This document shows positions 49,103 to 64,000 of a stretch of DNA of 64,000 nt, piece by piece. Source of the stretch: Antedon mediterranea (taxonomy: Eukaryota; Animalia; Echinodermata). The notes under the pieces were generated by a model. The model did not search any database. It had not been told where the DNA came from and saw only the letters and a list, made by a program, of their open reading frames with translations. The number at the start of each line of letters is the position of its first letter. Position 1 is the first letter of the stretch. The stretch spans positions 31,183,648 to 31,247,647 of the forward strand of contig NC_092673.1 of NCBI RefSeq assembly GCF_964355755.1, given 5' to 3'. Position numbers and translations under genes: made by a program.

Positions 49103-52100
49103 TCAGCTATGCGTGTATAAACTAGCGGCAAACACTATATCACGCTTGATAAGTTCCGAGGCCTGTCGCATCTTGGCTAATAACGTTGAGCTGCCAATCT
49201 TACGGCTTGCGTTGCCAACCTCACGGCACGTCTCGTCTAAACGCTGGATGGTACGCACGATAATGCCTTCTGAAACATCTGTTAGGGCCGTGATGTCAGC
49301 AAATGGCTAAAAGGAAAATTAAGCTATATATAGCGGGGAAAACCTTTTGTCTCTTAGACAGTGGTGTAACAGCTATGAGCTCAACATAGAGGTCCCAGAG
49401 CATGAGCAGGCCCAATGCAACTACCCATCATTGGAGGTCCCCTAAAGCAGGAGCTGTTTCCTCCACTGTATCTCTATGAGGTAAGTTAAAGAAAAATGTT
49501 TTGGCCTACAGTTGGAAACGTACTTATTCTTTCATAAAAAAATTATTTTGTACTGGTGCAAGTAACTGTCTTCATTGACATAAAGTTGGTATTTGGTTTA
49601 ATGCTACTTTTATTACTTATACGAATCCAACAGTGAGTAACTCATCAATTACACGATGGAGAAACTATTTTATAATTGATCATGCTTTTAAACTAAAGCT
49701 TTGTCTACGCTATCAAACGTTGCCCAAATATGGACATGTTGATGTCATATCACTACCATATTTAAGCATATCACTACCGTATTTGGGCACATCACACTTT
49801 TATTGTCAATCTAGTTTAATAGTGTAGACAGAGCTTAAGTCTTATTGAGACTTAGGGAGTGGAGTTGAAAGAGTCATGAGTTACAACCCTGGCACACCAC
49901 AAACAATGAAATCACAAAGTAATTTATAATAAAAAAGTTGGCACGTTTTTTTTAATATTTAACATTTTAGTTAAATATTTTTCCCTTACTGTTCCTTTTG
50001 CCCATTCATATACAACTTCTGTGAGTCCAAATTTAAATGTTCGGACAAATTCTTCAACATCAATATTAAGCCCACACTCTTGCTGTAAGGCGGCTACATT
50101 CCTCGCGACAGATTTGATCATTTCCATACCCTGTATATGAAATGGGTACCAATATTTAAATTATAAGCTGGTAGTGATATAAATTTTTGTTAGAAGACCA
50201 AAATCTCATACATAACTTAACTCTGTACTGTATATATTTTTGTACAGTACCATATGCAAATACTGAATATGTGATGCCTAATCTAGCCATAATATTAACA
50301 TAATACACACATCACATGTGATACACATGTGACACTGCATATGATACTGGACATATAATGCCATATATGGAAATACAGTACAGACAATCATATGCATAAA
50401 AAAAAATTGCTAGGTCGTCAAAAATTTTAAAAACCTTTTCTCAATTGTCTATCATCTCTTACCTTCTCCAGACTATCTGTAAGAGTTGGTGAGCTACAGT
50501 TCTTCTGCTGAAACACCATGCAAGACAACAGTGCTACGATCTCTTCTGCAGGCAGCTCTGTCAGAACATTCTCAAAAATCAACTGTGTCAGTATTAACTC
50601 ATGATGACTTATCTCACACCCGACACGGCCTTTCAGTAGCAGCGACATGTTCTGATCAATGAAATGTAGCTTTTGTAAAACCTATAAAAAATTCAAATTA
50701 ACTGTGTCAGAATTAACTTGTGACTTGAATTTCTCGTCTTACACAACCTTTCAGTAGCAGGGACATGTTCTGATCACCTGATTCCCAGTGCTGTATCTCC
50801 ACATACTACCTATTTCCGAGGTATCATAGGATTATTTGGTATTACAGCATCTCATTCCTATGATAATATACTTTGGAAATACTGCAGATACAGTGCGAAG
50901 AATTGGCTGTTCTAAATAAATGTAGTTTTTTTAATAATCTATAATACATTTTAATACAAAATTGGTCTCCTTTGCTAATAATTTCAGTTGGATTCAGTTC
51001 AATTTATAATAAAGGTGCCTCAGATTGTCCTGTGACAACAAAAACATCAAATACATCTAATAACAGAAGTCTTTGAGAAAACTCTAACCATATACATAGT
51101 ATACCAAAAATTATTCCATTTCAACATATTTATACAATTTTTTTCCCCTAAATCTGAAAGAGTAATACTTTGATTCTTTGATGATACTCTGGAAGAAGCA
51201 GAAGACTATCTTCTGATAACTGGTAACCCAATTCTTTCACTTTATCCCTTAGCTCCATGTTGTGATCATGTTCTGCAAACTGTAAAGGAAAACGGAGTAG
51301 TAGGTTAGGGGTTGTGGACACTTGCGTGTTATGGCGCATTGTTGTTCTTGACCGCTTGTGTATAAATAAATGAAAAAACAAAAATTGTGATATGTCATTT
51401 AGATGGGATAAGTTCAAGATAAGTGCAATGAAGGAATGAAGTATTTTAATAAATACAAAGTGCATTTACATGTTCATCTACAGCTTGGCACATTAAACAT
51501 TTGTAGTCAAAGACAACCTCCTGTAGACTTTGCATCTTCATATACTTCTCAACAAACTCCATGTCTTGGATCTTGAGTTCTTTGACAGGGTTGAGCGCTG
51601 GAAGACCATCTGGATTATCTTCTATCAATCGCAGAAGCTCTTGTACGACAACACTTGTGAGTTGACTTGGTGGTTTGTCTCTGAAAAAATATGTCAATAT
51701 GTCAATGGTCATCGCAATATTGGTTGGACTTGTCGAGTAGTAGGGCAATTTTGGTTTTCATTTTGTGACCCGTTAGCCAATTCTGACATACCATAGTATA
51801 CAAATAATGAATGTTTATTTAATTTTTTATTTTAATAAAAAAATTAAAAAAGCCTACCTAAAACGTGGTATCTGCCGCGTGTTCCAATCAGACAATATTT
51901 TATCTGCACTGACATCTAAAGTGTTTGATGTAATTTCATACAGATCACAAGCTACCAACTCAACCACTTCGTGTCCACATACACCCTCAGGTTGGTATAA
52001 ATTAGTCTTTTTAATCATTTGAACCCTTAACTTCTTAGAAAAAGCTGTCGACAGTTTGCTTTCATATCCTGAACTTTGATCACATATAACAAGTGTTTTA

Positions 52101-55100
52101 AATTTGCTATGCCGACTTGCGGTGTACAAACTTAATATAACGCCTAACGTATGTTTATGTTTGTCTGTGTTTACAACGACCACACGGCCAATAGAAAGCA
52201 CTTTGACCTTTGAGTGTTTTATTGATGCAAGCTGTAAAAAAATCAAGAAAACTATTCAATTTAGAATAAACAAATAACAATATTATCATTACAAGTATTT
52301 AGAATAAACAAATAACAATATTATCATTACAAGTATCGTCAACACTGGCATCATTACAATAATTTAATAAATAAAATACATACATAAAACGAAAAGGAGA
52401 TAAATCATGGAAAAAAATGTAAATATCTAGGATCGCTAATTGACACAGATAACGATATGAAACGCCGAAAAACAACTCGCAATATCAGCCTTCAACAACT
52501 ACAAAGAAATTCTAACAAGCAAAAACTTATCACTAGAAGTAAGAATGAGACTATTCAATGTATACGTCAGAAGCATATTTATGTACAACTCAGAATTATG
52601 GACAATAACCAAAAAACAAGAGGACGAAATTGACTGTTTCCATAGGAAATTATTAAGAAAAATTATAAAAATGAAGTGGCCGTACACAATCAGAAATATA
52701 GAACTATATAGCAGAACGAAAGAACTAAAATGGTCAAACCTAATAAGGACAAGAAAATACAAATGGACCGGACATATGCTAAGGCTTCCAAATTATCATT
52801 AACAGAATCCATTCGAAAAGTTAAAAGACCAGTTGGCAGACCAAAAACTACCTGGATAGGAAACATAAATAAAGAACTCAAAATTAATGACAGACCATCA
52901 GACCACCGAAAGAGAGTGATGGAAACGATTAGCATACGCAATGTCTACCCAAGCATAACGGATGATGATGATGATACATAAGCAATAATAAAAGCATTGT
53001 ATATCACTTTCATGTTTTTTGGGTTTTTTTTATGTTCAGGATCCCTTCTGAAACAAGATTAAAGGGTCATCCTTTGCCATTCCATTATTGTAACTTTTAT
53101 TTTACCTAAAAGTTATTGTAATATAATGTATGTACGTTGTTTGATGCTTTGTTTATATGGATAGAAATAAATATAATTATTATATTAATCATTATCATCA
53201 CCTCATAATCATTCTCAACACTGTCATCATCATTATCATTCTCAACATTTTCATCATCACTGTTATCATTTCCAACACTGTCATCATCATTTTTATCATT
53301 CCCAACACTGTCATCATCATTGTTATCATTCTCAACACTGTCATTATCATTCTCAACACTGTCATCAATACTGTCATCATCATTGTTATCATCATTGTCA
53401 TCATAAATCTTATCATTATAATCACAATGTCATCATTATTCTTATCATTATAATCACAATGTTCATCATTTCACCTGTGTTTCCTGTCGTAATTTATTAA
53501 GTGCCGTACAGGTGTCATAATACTTCTCCAAGTCTTCTTGACACAAGTAACAATACACTGGCTTGATCGACTCCAGCTGCTTTGTCAGAACTTTCAGTTC
53601 CACCTCTTGCTGGTGCGAATCCTTCCGTGTGTGGAACTCTGCGAAGCTTCTCTTCATGACATCTTGAACACGGATGACGGCAACGGTCAACAGGTTCAGA
53701 ATCATGGTGTAGGTCAAACGAAATCTTGACTCCAAGTGTGTTGGCTTCCCCTGATATGTAACAAAATTAATTTAACAAAATGTCATACAGATACAGTGGA
53801 ATCCCAAATTTAGGACACCCCTATTCAAGGAAAACTCTATAAGGGGACACCTCAGTCAAATTAACAAGGGGCAATACATGTTTTAACAATGCTGCAGGGA
53901 ACCTCTCTTCAGGGAACACTTACGGGGAAATTTTGTTGTTTTTTTTTTTTTTATTCATACACACAAAACAGTGAGCACTAACTCGCCAATTAGAGAATGG
54001 ATTAAGTAAATTAATAATTAATAAACTAATTTATCGTGCTTATATACTAAGTCTCATTTGAGGCTTAGGGAGTGGAGTTGAAAGAGTCGTGAGTTACAAC
54101 CCTGGCACTAGGTCATGATTGAACCCTGGACCTTAGGATTGGAAGGCAAGTATGTTAACCACCAAGCTACAGCTCCTGAAGATGACCCTTAATTAAGGGT
54201 TCTATACCATTATTTCCCCATTGCAGTCAACCCTATATCTATATGTTTTACATGATCTATTCAACATACCAGCATCATAGACTGGAGATCTGATATCTCT
54301 GGTACATCACCCTTACATAGTATGATCACTAGACCAGTTGTGTCCAGACCTCTTCTGCCAGCCCTCCCTGCCATCTGAATGTATTCTCCAGGCACAAGAT
54401 TCCTCATACACGTGCCATCATGCTTACGAATGGAGTCAAAGACTACAGTCCTTGCTGGCATGTTCACACCCATGGCAAAGGTCTCAGTGGCAAACAAAAG
54501 CTGTGTGAAAGTGAAGCATGGGTATAAATATGAATAAATAAATGATACAGGTAAAGGCCAACTCGGACAGCATCATACGACGAGGCCAGACAAAACTTCT
54601 TGACTCGTCGGTGCTGTCCAAGATGAATCCGGACAAGAAAAGTTGTTTTGTCATAGTGTCATGCACGGTTTTTAAGTCATCAGGAGAACATTAAACATGT
54701 TTCATTTTTTCTCAACGAGATGATTTGTCGGTCCTCGGCGTATGACTCTGTCTGAGTTGGCTTCAACAGACTGAAGTTTAAATGAATATATAAAACTATT
54801 TATCTGTGTTTTCCTAATTACGATGACACATGGTCTGACATTAATGCTTTAATGATCTTTGTGCACTGTTGTGATCGCTATTTCCTCTTATGGCTAATAG
54901 GAGCATATTACTACTTTGTCAAAGCAACAGTTCCTTACTATTTCAACCTATTATTTGAACACCAGTAATTTACCTTAACTAAACCTCTTTGGAACAGCAT
55001 TTCAACCACCTCTTTTAATATTGGTAGCACACCACTATGATGAACTGCAACTCCTTTCTTAAGGAGATCTTTCATGTGGAGAACCTGCCAATAGTATACA

Positions 55101-58100
55101 AAAGTATTATCATCAGAACAAATACACAGTTTTAACACACATCTTTAAAAATCTACAATTAACACAAGAATTATTTTAAATATTATTCAATATTACAAAA
55201 TTAAATTTACATTTCTATGAGAAAATGACCAAAAGGTCACATTTTCAACTTGCCTGTGGAAGTCTCCTATCAGAGCCTTTTAATCGACTGATGCATTTCT
55301 GTAAGAATATTTGTATCTGGCTTTTCTCGCTGCTTGTTGTAAGGTCAACGGTCGTCAGGGAAGATGAGTTCTCGTCGCATTTCTTTTTTGAGAATGTGAA
55401 AACGACAACTGGAAGCTGAGCTTTCTTGCGTAACATTTCAACGAGTGATAAATATACGTTCTTATCCTAAAATAGAGTTCAGAGATGAGTAATGAAAAAC
55501 AAACATATTTGTGGAAAGGGTATTGAATTGGCTACTACTGTACACAGCTTGTGAAGAAAAACAAAAACAGTTGTTGTTGTTGTGCTGCATATTCTGTGGT
55601 TGGCAAAAAAACAATATGCTCATGGCTGGCTCAACCAAAATTTAAAAAGTTGTCTCCGGTCTAAATGAGTAGATACATAAATGAACCAACAATAAACAGA
55701 TGCATTTTTGTTCTACAGTACTTACATTTTTCGAAAATCCGCCTCTTCGATCTTTAGAACCAAAGCTTTGCGATGATTTAGTCTCCCGATCTTTCTTAGC
55801 ATTCAAAGCTTTTTTATAACTATACAACGACAGAAAATCTAAAATGTATTCTAAGCTTTCATTTTCAGCAGTGTTTTTATATAGATTAGGTTATGGTATT
55901 TATTAATTAAAGATGGAAAAAAAAAGGGCGAAAGAATTGACAATGAAATCCGAGTTCACAAGAGGAGTGTGATGGTTGACTATTGTGAGAATGTTATGGC
56001 ATATAACAATACAACAAGCACTCTCCATTACTCTGGTGGGTGAGGTACAGGAGAGAAACTCTAGGTCATATATACACCAGTCAACCATATACACAATCCA
56101 GTAGAGTATGCCCTGAGGCACTAGTAAACAACATTTATTAATTCAAAAATGGCAATAACAATGTCATGGAATTGATTTATGGGCAGGTTTTTAAAGTGGC
56201 TTCATAGGCATGAACCACATGTAATTTACCTCCGCCAAGGAGGTATATGTAATCGGTAGCGTGTGTTTGTTTGTTTGTTTGTTTGTTAGCAAGATTACTC
56301 AAAAAGTAATTACAAGATCTTTACCAAAATTAATAGACATATAGATATGTGGTCAAGGACCATTCCATGGGACCATAGTCCCAATTCTGGACCACTTTTT
56401 AGTATACTTTTTTAGACCTGCTAGTGTTAAAAGATAGGACAGAATTTTTCAAAAGCCGGCGAGCAATCTTAAAGTAACAAGTAAACTGAAATTGCATTTT
56501 CTCGAGAACTACTTGTTCAAAAAACTTCATTTTTAAACAAGAGGCAAGAGTTATAATTTGTGATTTGTAATTTTAAAACATAATCTGATTTAATGTGCAC
56601 GTTTTTTGATGCGGGTAGTTTAAAAAACCTATTTCTTTTCAAATTCACTCGTTTGATTTTCGCGTTGCTGTTCTATTGTTAGCCGACTGAAGCTATTGTT
56701 AATTGAAAGGCTTGTTACATAACCATTACACCAAACTCGCATACACATGTTTGTAATGAAATTAGCCTAAATCACAAACAGCATTAAGACACGCACAAAT
56801 ATATATATATTTTTTTTTTACCGGAGAAATCTTATGTAGGAGAATTTTACAGTAGGCGGAGGTATGCCCTCTCGGAGTGGCTTTCTAGTTTGAAGATGTA
56901 TCAGCAACATTTTGATCTTAATGATTGCCTTAGCACCTTACCCTATTGTATCCATTTTGTTGTTCTTGTCCACAATCAAGAAAAGTTGGTCACTGGTTTT
57001 ATTGCTGTTACCAGTGTACAGGTAGTGCTCCAAAGGAACTGGTCGCTTTAATGTGCTAATTACATAAATATATTTTTGTTTTGTCCTCCTGAAAAAATCA
57101 AAATGAAATGGTAATAAATTATAAGAAAAGAAACCAAAATATCTATAAAAATGGTTTTTTTTTATTTTATTATTTTGTATCATCATTATTTGATTTGGGA
57201 TTTTAAAAAAAGTTTTTCGACTACATAGATTGGAAATGAAATAAAACTTACCCAACCCAATTAGCAAATTCCATGGTATTTGGTATCGTGGCACTAAGTA
57301 GTATAACATTTACAGTACTGGGTAACATAATGAGAACCTCTTCCCACACAACACCTCGCTTTGAAAATAAATAAAATCAGAAAATACAAAAAAATATCCT
57401 ACAATTTGAAACAAACTCCATAGTGTGAATCATTGGAATTATGGATAAATACGGTAATTGTAGGTACTAATACTAATGAAAATACAAATATGTAATGCGC
57501 CAATTCCAGCAGTAAGTGATCAAAGGCGCGGTGTATGAGAGCTCAATTTGAAAGAAAAAGATGAGTTTTCAAGGCAGATTTAAAGGCGATAGTAGAAGAA
57601 CATGATCTAATAGAGGCGGGTAGGTCATTCCACAAGAGAGAGGCAGCAGAAGTAAAGGTGCTTAGGCCATACGTTTTAGTGTTAAAAGTTGATATGGAAA
57701 GGAGATTTTTTGAAGACGAGCGAAGGCGACAGGAAGGTATGTGAAGAGGAAGGTCAGAGAGATATGAAGGGGATTTGAACGAGAGAGCTTTATAGGTTAA
57801 GAGGTTTCCAATAGACATACTTTTGTAAGGACAATCAAAAAATAACTACAATTTGAAAACAAGCACATGTGAATTATTGAAATCATGTATATATACGGTA
57901 CATTGTAGGTACTAATAGATATATTTTTTGTAAAGAAAATGAACAAAAATTACCTCTGCATCACTAATATAGTGTACTTCATCAAAGATGACCCACTCTA
58001 AATCTCTAATAGTATCAGATCCATTGTATAACATTGATCTACAGGAATTATGATAAACAATTTAGTGTGGTAGTAGGAATGAGGTAAGATTATCAGTAAA

Positions 58101-61100
58101 AATGAAGAGCTTTGTATGTCAAGTAATGGGGTTTAGCCTGGTGTACTAGTTCACACAGCCACTGTCACACATTCATTACTTATAGTAGGCCTCATAGTTG
58201 CAAAATTAATAAAATGGCTATGTCAACAGTTTATGATTTTACGCTCTAGCGAACACAGGATACTCGTCGTCCTCCCCTAACCGTCCTGTTTCGTAAAGTC
58301 GCTATTATACAAAATGGTTAAAATCTACAGTACTATATAGCTTGCACAATGACTTGCTAACGAAGCTCAAATCCCACTAAAATTATAAAATGTGTATAAT
58401 AACTAAGACTATTAGAAAACATAATCATTTTATTTGATACCTTAGAATCTCTGTGGTCATTATGAGACAAGAGGCTTTGTCGTTCAACTGGACATCACCG
58501 GTCAGCAGTCCAACATCTTCAAAGGTGTTTCTAAAATCTCTATACTTCTGATTAGACAATGCCTTGATAGGAGATGTGTATACAGTTCTAAAATGAAGTT
58601 ATCATTTAATTAAATCATTTATATATATTTAATTTAGGTGTATTGACAAGAACAAAATTTGTTTTTGATAACACATGAGATGCTGTATTACCAAATATTC
58701 CTATGGTACTGGGAAAATATTGTTGTATGTAGAGATACAGCACTGAGTATCGGGTAGTAAAATTCAAATGAGTAAAGTTTACACATACTTGGTTCCATGT
58801 TTGAGAGATAGAGCAATCGCGTACTCGGCTACAACCGTCTTTCCAGCTGACGTGTGTGCCGACACAAACACGCTCTCGTGGTTCTCAAGACAAAGAATGG
58901 CTTGCTTCTGGAACACATCCAACTCAAATGGCCACTGAAGAGAACAGAAGACAAAGATATGAAGCAAATCGAACACAATTTTGATGTATAACGTGATAAA
59001 GTATAATAAGAATTGTTTTACAGAATAAAGCCTTAAAACCTACTTTTAATATATTCACAATTATTATCTAATTCATTGTGTGATAAAATGTATCCAACAA
59101 GAATTTGAACGTGCTCAGACACGAAGCCCCTGTGGTCTAATGTTTATGATGCTCGCTTTGTCAGCATGATGTCACAGGTTTCAGTCCTGTCAGGGAATTT
59201 TATGGGATCAATTTATGGGACTATATTATCAATTGCAATGATGTTACAGTGTCCCAGATTTAAACTTTGTTTAAATCTATTTAACTTCCATGTGTTAACA
59301 GTACCCTTGATTTATTAATGAGTATTTTCGTTTTATTTTCAATTTGGCAACTACAGGGGCAATGTGCATGTTGGTATGACAAAATCAAATGCTATGCATG
59401 AACGAAAGCAAAATGTCTACACTTACCTGGTAAGCCATATTTGGTATCTTTTTATAAAAGTCACCAACAGGGGCCGTGACATCCACCTTGATGGCCCATT
59501 CCTTTTTAGCAGGTTCTGCTTTTACGGTCTCTGTTGGCCTAGATATTTCATCAGCCTGTTGGTCAAATAAATCTACAACATTGTAAGAATACTTTACCAT
59601 GTTGTAAAGATATTTATTTAGATTTATAAATAATTTTATTTACATACACGTTGGAGGACATCTTCTAATAACTCGGCATCTTTTCCATCATCTTCTGTGG
59701 GTGTGTTGTTCTAAGAATTATGGAATATTATTCATATTATAGCAATGTCATATCAGGGAAATCTATATTCAGAGAGAGACAGAGGCCTCTTGATATTAAT
59801 GTTAAAAGAATAGAGAGGGCACGCTATTTAATATCTCATATGGAAGATACAGATTTTAATATAATAAGCTTTTGTGACGAGACCAATATCAACCAATACC
59901 TGTTCACTTGTTTTTTCATCCTCTTCATCTTCCTCATCCCCAAGGTCAAATTCATCATCTAAGGTCATAAGGTCAGTCAGTTTCAAGACTGCTTCAAGCG
60001 GTGTTGTTCCATTATCAGTCGCATCTTTAAAACACATTCCATTCTCAAACCCAGGAGGAACGGTCAGAAGATCTTTATGAAAAAAAACACAATATATTAT
60101 AACAAACCTAATTATATTCTTGACAATTGATTGGTTGATTTTGTATCATATGGCAGGGGTCAAAGCTTATCTAGCCCATCATTAATCATTAGTAAAACAT
60201 TTTTAAAAACAAGCATGAGTATATTCTCAGCGGATTTGTGCCACTTCATCTGATTTGACTCAAAAATTTACCATCATCATCAAAATTAACTTGAATTGAT
60301 TCAGTGATTGCATCAATGGATGGTTCGTCAAGACCTCCAGGCCAGAACGGTTTGTTAGATGAATGACCTCTTACTGCGTCTACTGGTGCACCAGGCTGCC
60401 GGAGCATTGACAAGGAGTTTTGAGCAGTAAATCCTGTGTTTTCTAGTGGCACCTACATAGAGTAAAATTAGTTCTGATAATATTATGATACAGTCCTATT
60501 CTTAAGCTCTGTCTCCACTATCAAACTAGTTTGACAAAAAAGTGTGATGTGCCCAAATATTGTAGTGATATGACATCATCATGTCAATATACAGTATGGG
60601 CACACCACATTTTTTTGTCACATAAAGTTTGATAGTGTAGATAGGGCTTTAGAGATTAGAAGAATATTTATATTATGGTATCAAACCTCACCTCTTTAAA
60701 TTCAAGTAGTTCGCCTGTTGTTTGGTTTCTCTCAACTTGCAACTTGTACTGTAGAGGGCAAGCTTCAACATTGAATAAACTCTCAACATTTTTTTCTCTT
60801 TCCCAAAACCTAAAAAGACAATTTAATGATTAAAGAACTTGAACTGCAGTGTTACCTGTAAGGGGCCAAATGTACCTGGGGTGCAATAGTAGTATACAAC
60901 TGATCTCACTTTTGAGCACGCTCCACCTTATGTATGGGTAAACGTTCTGGAGTGTTAAGGTATTCTGCTATCTGGGATTCCAGGCTTTTGAGAACGGGAG
61001 GTGGTCCAACAGGAAGCTGGAAAAAATAATTTATTACATTTACAAAATGTAATTTTTAATATATAAACACCCAGCAATTAACAATACCAAATTAATCTTT

Positions 61101-61703
61101 CGGAGTATAATAATATAATAATACATTTTTTTTTATATAGCGCATTTTAAGTAAAACAAATCAATCCCAGTTTTCAAAAAAGACTTACTGTTGTTATTGT
61201 GGGCATGAAGTCCTCATTATTTACTTCAACTGTCTGCACATTGTTACCCAACCCACACTGTACCAATCGGAACTTCATCTTTTCTATTTCATTTATATCT
61301 AAATTAGAATTAAATTTTTTTAAATATATTAATAAAGCAAAATCAAATTCAAGGTTTTATTTCTGACAAGAGGTATATAATGGAAGATTCATTATTCTAA
61401 TTTTGAGATATTACTTGTGTGTAGGCTACCTGTACCTTTTCACATTTGAGTACTAGGCCCACACATAGCCCGATTGGGAAATTCCCATATGTAACGCAAC
61501 TCTAGCAGGCGGGGACGCAGCTGCTTGTGGACAGGATACCAGCCTAGTAGGCTTAGGCTTAGCACCTACATTTTTCATCCATTCAAAGGCCTCATTTTAA
61601 AAATCAACATGGATTAATTAATATTTTATCATATGTTCATACGATTAAAACGAAGTTATAATAGCTATTCACCTGTACATTGCTTATTTTCCTGATAAGC
61701 CAT
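49103..61703 (-). CDS. SKIV2L: SKI2/SKIV2L DExH RNA helicase of the SKI complex (24 exons, about 1242 aa)
   Basis: Exons (minus) 61673-61703, 61189-61298, 60910-61016, 60692-60809, 60272-60452, 59900-60072, 59648-59710, 59427-59555, 58789-58934, 58441-58587, 57954-58038, 57252-57358, 56942-57088, 55726-55819, 55254-55466, 54974-55084, 54270-54500, 53475-53750, 51858-52231, 51470-51680, 51169-51279, 50463-50681, 49990-50130, 49103-49306. Motifs [63 protein letters not shown]-terminal [12 protein letters not shown]. The N-terminal PFWPGGL and LLTVPPGF motifs indicate Ski2 rather than Mtr4. Confidence 0.96.
49697..49835 (-). mobile_element. Harbinger-like MITE family A
   Basis: TAA|AGCTTTGTCTACGCTATCAAAC ... 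AGTGTAGACAGAGCT|TAA. Confidence 0.8.
52400..52980 (+). mobile_element. Degenerate 3' fragment of an RTE-like non-LTR retrotransposon in a SKIV2L intron
   Basis: [19 protein letters not shown]...[10 protein letters not shown]...[10 protein letters not shown], then after a frameshift [10 protein letters not shown]; (GAT)n tail. Confidence 0.7.
53185..53470 (+). repeat. (CAT)n-based degenerate minisatellite with TCTCAACACTG units
   Basis: Visible low-complexity repeat abutting a SKIV2L donor site. Confidence 0.85.
54555..54764. mobile_element. MITE with TIR AGGCCAACTCGGACAG
   Basis: AGGCCAACTCGGACAGCATCATACGACGAGG pairs with CCTCGGCGTATGACTCTGTCTGAGTTGGCTT. Confidence 0.6.
56226..56890 (+). 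mobile_element. Non-autonomous Helentron (HINE/DINE-1-type) element
   Basis: TT|ACCTCCGCC-AAGGAGGT 5' end, (GTTT)n microsatellite, 3' subterminal GGCGGAGGT, short hairpin CTCTCGGAG, ending CTAG|TT. Confidence 0.75.
57495..57820 (-). mobile_element. 3' fragment of an L2/CR1-group LINE
   Basis: LLTYKAL...PSYLSDL...RLRSS...TYG..F..AA..LWNDLP..IR....[10 protein letters not shown], the typical ORF2 C-terminus. Confidence 0.75.
59125..59197 (+). pseudogene. Degenerate tRNA-like sequence (probable SINE head)
   Basis: A box TGGTCTAATG, B box GGTTTCAGTCC, CCCCTG...CAGGGA acceptor-like pairing; other stems imperfect. Confidence 0.35.
60505..60648 (+). mobile_element. Harbinger-like MITE family A
   Basis: TTA|AGCTCTGTCTCCACTATCAAACT ... 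AGTTTGATAGTGTAGATAGGGCT|TTA. Confidence 0.8.
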
Positions 61704-62587
61704 CGTCTTTCTTTATACTTTCTTTGAAACATGCCACCGAACAAACCCACCCCACACGTACACACTGTGTACTCTCAACTAGCGATACAATTGCCGGAAG
61801 ACAAAGCGTCAGCTAGACGTCGTATTCTGATTTGACGCGTTACAATAAATCCACTCCGAGTTTTTTTAATACATTATTTTTTTTCTACCATAAATGCGGC
61901 AAAAGCAGCAAATTTTCCCATATAATGCTGCAGTTCTTCTGCTTTACAATCAAACACATTTCTTGTATTACGTTTTTAACTTGATACTGTACCGCATCAT
62001 TGTTTTACATTTTGCCCTGTTCACCTTTTTATTTGTCAGGAAAAATAAAAATGATGTATAATGTATTTTTTGTTTAATTTTATTTGTCAATCAGACGAAA
62101 GAAGAATTGTTTTTCTCTCACTTAAATTATAAATAATAATAATATATATTTATTTATCTGGATGACCAAACTTAAAGCCTTGGCTTAATGCGTCCTCCTC
62201 ACACAATAATTTTTAATAATTATGTTCTGTATCAATGTAATTAGTGAAACAATAAACTTGAATACTAGATATTAATATTATCAGGGAAGAGTGAAATTGA
62301 TTTCACTCTTCTCTGATATTATTTAGTTTTTAAAGGTTTTCCAGCATGCACAGCCCATTTTTTTTTTATTACGAGCACAATCAAATGCCTAGAAAATATC
62401 TAATTAACAAACAAAAATCTCAAAAAAACTTTATCCTATTCATCATCCTATTTATTAAATCCTCCATGATATTTATTGACAATATTACTACACTGCATGA
62501 TCAAATTTACACATAAAGTTAGTTTGGTTATCGTTTTTACAATTTTTTTTACATTATTTACATTTAATATATAAAAAATTCAATATT

Positions 62588-63998
<1,411 letters not shown>

Positions 63999-64000
63999 TT

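Noticed and set aside
42474-52336. Short local duplications (42474-42562, 47520/47711, 52258-52336)
   Set aside because: Ordinary slippage-type duplications with no further structure.
53157-53453. Ile/Met-rich ORFs on both strands
   Set aside because: (CAT)n low-complexity repeat.

Overview
AT-rich, intron-rich animal (probably invertebrate) nuclear DNA, not prokaryotic. I assembled four spliced genes by hand from GT/AG sites, reading phase and family motifs: ATF6 (+, 12423-19449, 14 coding exons, about 616 aa), a P5B ATPase of ATP13A3 type (-, 45479-31146, about 27 exons, about 1130 aa), the SKI2/SKIV2L helicase (-, 61703-49103, 24 exons, about 1242 aa) and MORN5 (-, 5' end outside the window). 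Two large palindrome-built structures dominate the non-coding DNA. (1) A 6.6-kb foldback-like element (3177-9807) whose inverted ends are arrays of a 101-bp hairpin unit that stop at the same base and are each flanked by TA, with further inverted structures nested inside. (2) An 8.7-kb satellite (about 21833-30542) of tandem hairpin MITE-like units, bracketed by a 32-bp direct repeat. Introns carry Harbinger-like and Kolobok-like MITEs, a Helentron-type element, LINE 3' fragments, tRNA SINEs and a 5S+tRNA chimeric SINE nested in a MITE. All calls were made by eye with no database searches, so repeat family assignments are inference.
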